Assembly (NCBI GenBank): GCA_045649485.1 | Contig: JAZRPZ010000112.1 | Coordinates: 2,231 to 66,230 of the forward strand | DNA from: Clostridia bacterium | GTDB taxonomy: Bacteria > Bacillota > Clostridia > Christensenellales > Aristaeellaceae | DNA length: 64,000 bases | Reading direction: 5' to 3' | Shown here: piece after piece, positions 63,391-64,000 of the stretch | Layout: the number at the start of each line of letters is the position of its first letter | How positions within the stretch are numbered: position 1 is the first letter of the stretch | The notes under the pieces: generated by a model | Seen by the model: only the letters and a program-made list of their open reading frames with translations | Told to the model about the DNA's origin: nothing | Database searches by the model: none | Program-made: the position numbers and the translations under genes

Positions 63391-64000
63391 ATGAAAAAGA
63401 TAGCAATCCTCGGCGCCACCGGCGCAGTAGGCTACCAGATGCTGGAATGCCTTATCGAGCGCAATATTCCCTGTGAGATCAAGTGCCTCGCCAGCGCCCG
63501 CAGTGCAGGCAAGGTTCTGGAATGCATGGGCAAGTCCTTCGTAGTAGAAGAAGCCACCGTAGATTCCTTCAAAGGCATGGACATCGTGCTGGGCGCTGCC
63601 ACCGCAGATCTTGCAAAGCAGATGGCTCCCCACATCGTTGCCGCAGGCGCTGTATTCGTAGATAACTCCAGCGCATTCCGTATGGATCCCGATGTACCGC
63701 TGGTAGTTCCGGAGATCAATCCCGACGACGCCCTGAAGCACAAGGGCATCATCTCCAATCCCAACTGCTCCACCATCATCACCATGGTCGCAGTAAACGC
63801 TCTCCGCAAGCTCTCCCCCATCAAGCGCATGGTCGCTTCCACCTATCAGGCAGTTTCCGGCGCAGGCGTCGGCGGTCTGAAGGAGCTTGAGGAGCAGGTA
63901 CAGGCATATGTAAAGGGTGAAGAGATCACCAATTCCCAGTTCAAGCATCAGATCCTGTTCAACCTCATTCCCCAGATCGGCGGCGATACCGGCAACGGCT
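63391..64000 (+). CDS. asd: Aspartate-semialdehyde dehydrogenase (3' end lies outside the window)
   Basis: Not in the ORF track because it has no stop inside the window. MKKIAILGATGAVG, active-site NPNCSTI, and YQAVSGAG. RBS GAAAGGAAAG. Confidence 0.9.
   Translation, partial: MKKIAILGATGAVGYQMLECLIERNIPCEIKCLASARSAGKVLECMGKSFVVEEATVDSFKGMDIVLGAATADLAKQMAPHIVAAGAVFVDNSSAFRMDPDVPLVVPEINPDDALKHKGIISNPNCSTIITMVAVNALRKLSPIKRMVASTYQAVSGAGVGGLKELEEQVQAYVKGEEITNSQFKHQILFNLIPQIGGDTGNG

Overview
A 64-kb chromosomal window from a spore-forming Firmicutes/Clostridia-type genome: GGAGG ribosome-binding sites, Coat F and SipL-like sporulation genes, and GC3-rich coding that produces very long antisense shadow ORFs. 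Most of it is housekeeping. Recognisable blocks are obg-yhbY-nadD/yqeK-rsfS, nth, rsgA, htpG, yybS-rplI-dnaB, DnaD-like/DnaI-like loaders, psd, tdh-kbl, uxuA and thrB-thrC/hom-asd. Between them sit accessory genes: two paralogous BmrCD/TM287-288-type heterodimeric ABC exporter pairs, several GNATs, glycoside hydrolases, secreted LRR proteins and XRE regulators. I found no rRNA, tRNA, CRISPR array, IS element, prophage or recognisable defence island, and no compelling new multi-gene system. The observations most worth follow-up are non-coding or small. (1) A 40-codon leader ORF plus intrinsic terminator lies in the long 5' leader of ABC pair 1, resembling bmrB-bmrCD attenuation. (2) Two families of structured intergenic repeats (about 155 nt and about 125 nt, two copies each) start on the first nucleotide after a stop codon, and their hairpins show compensatory base changes. 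(3) A perfect CIRCE operator sits in front of htpG. (4) A tandem pair of XRE paralogs is present, one fused to a large alpha-repeat domain. (5) nadD and yqeK are fused, and their conserved cluster is interrupted by an opposite-strand membrane gene. (6) An M19 dipeptidase, a GH127-like protein and an MBL hydrolase form an apparent operon. All functional calls rest on motif recognition by eye; no database searches were run.
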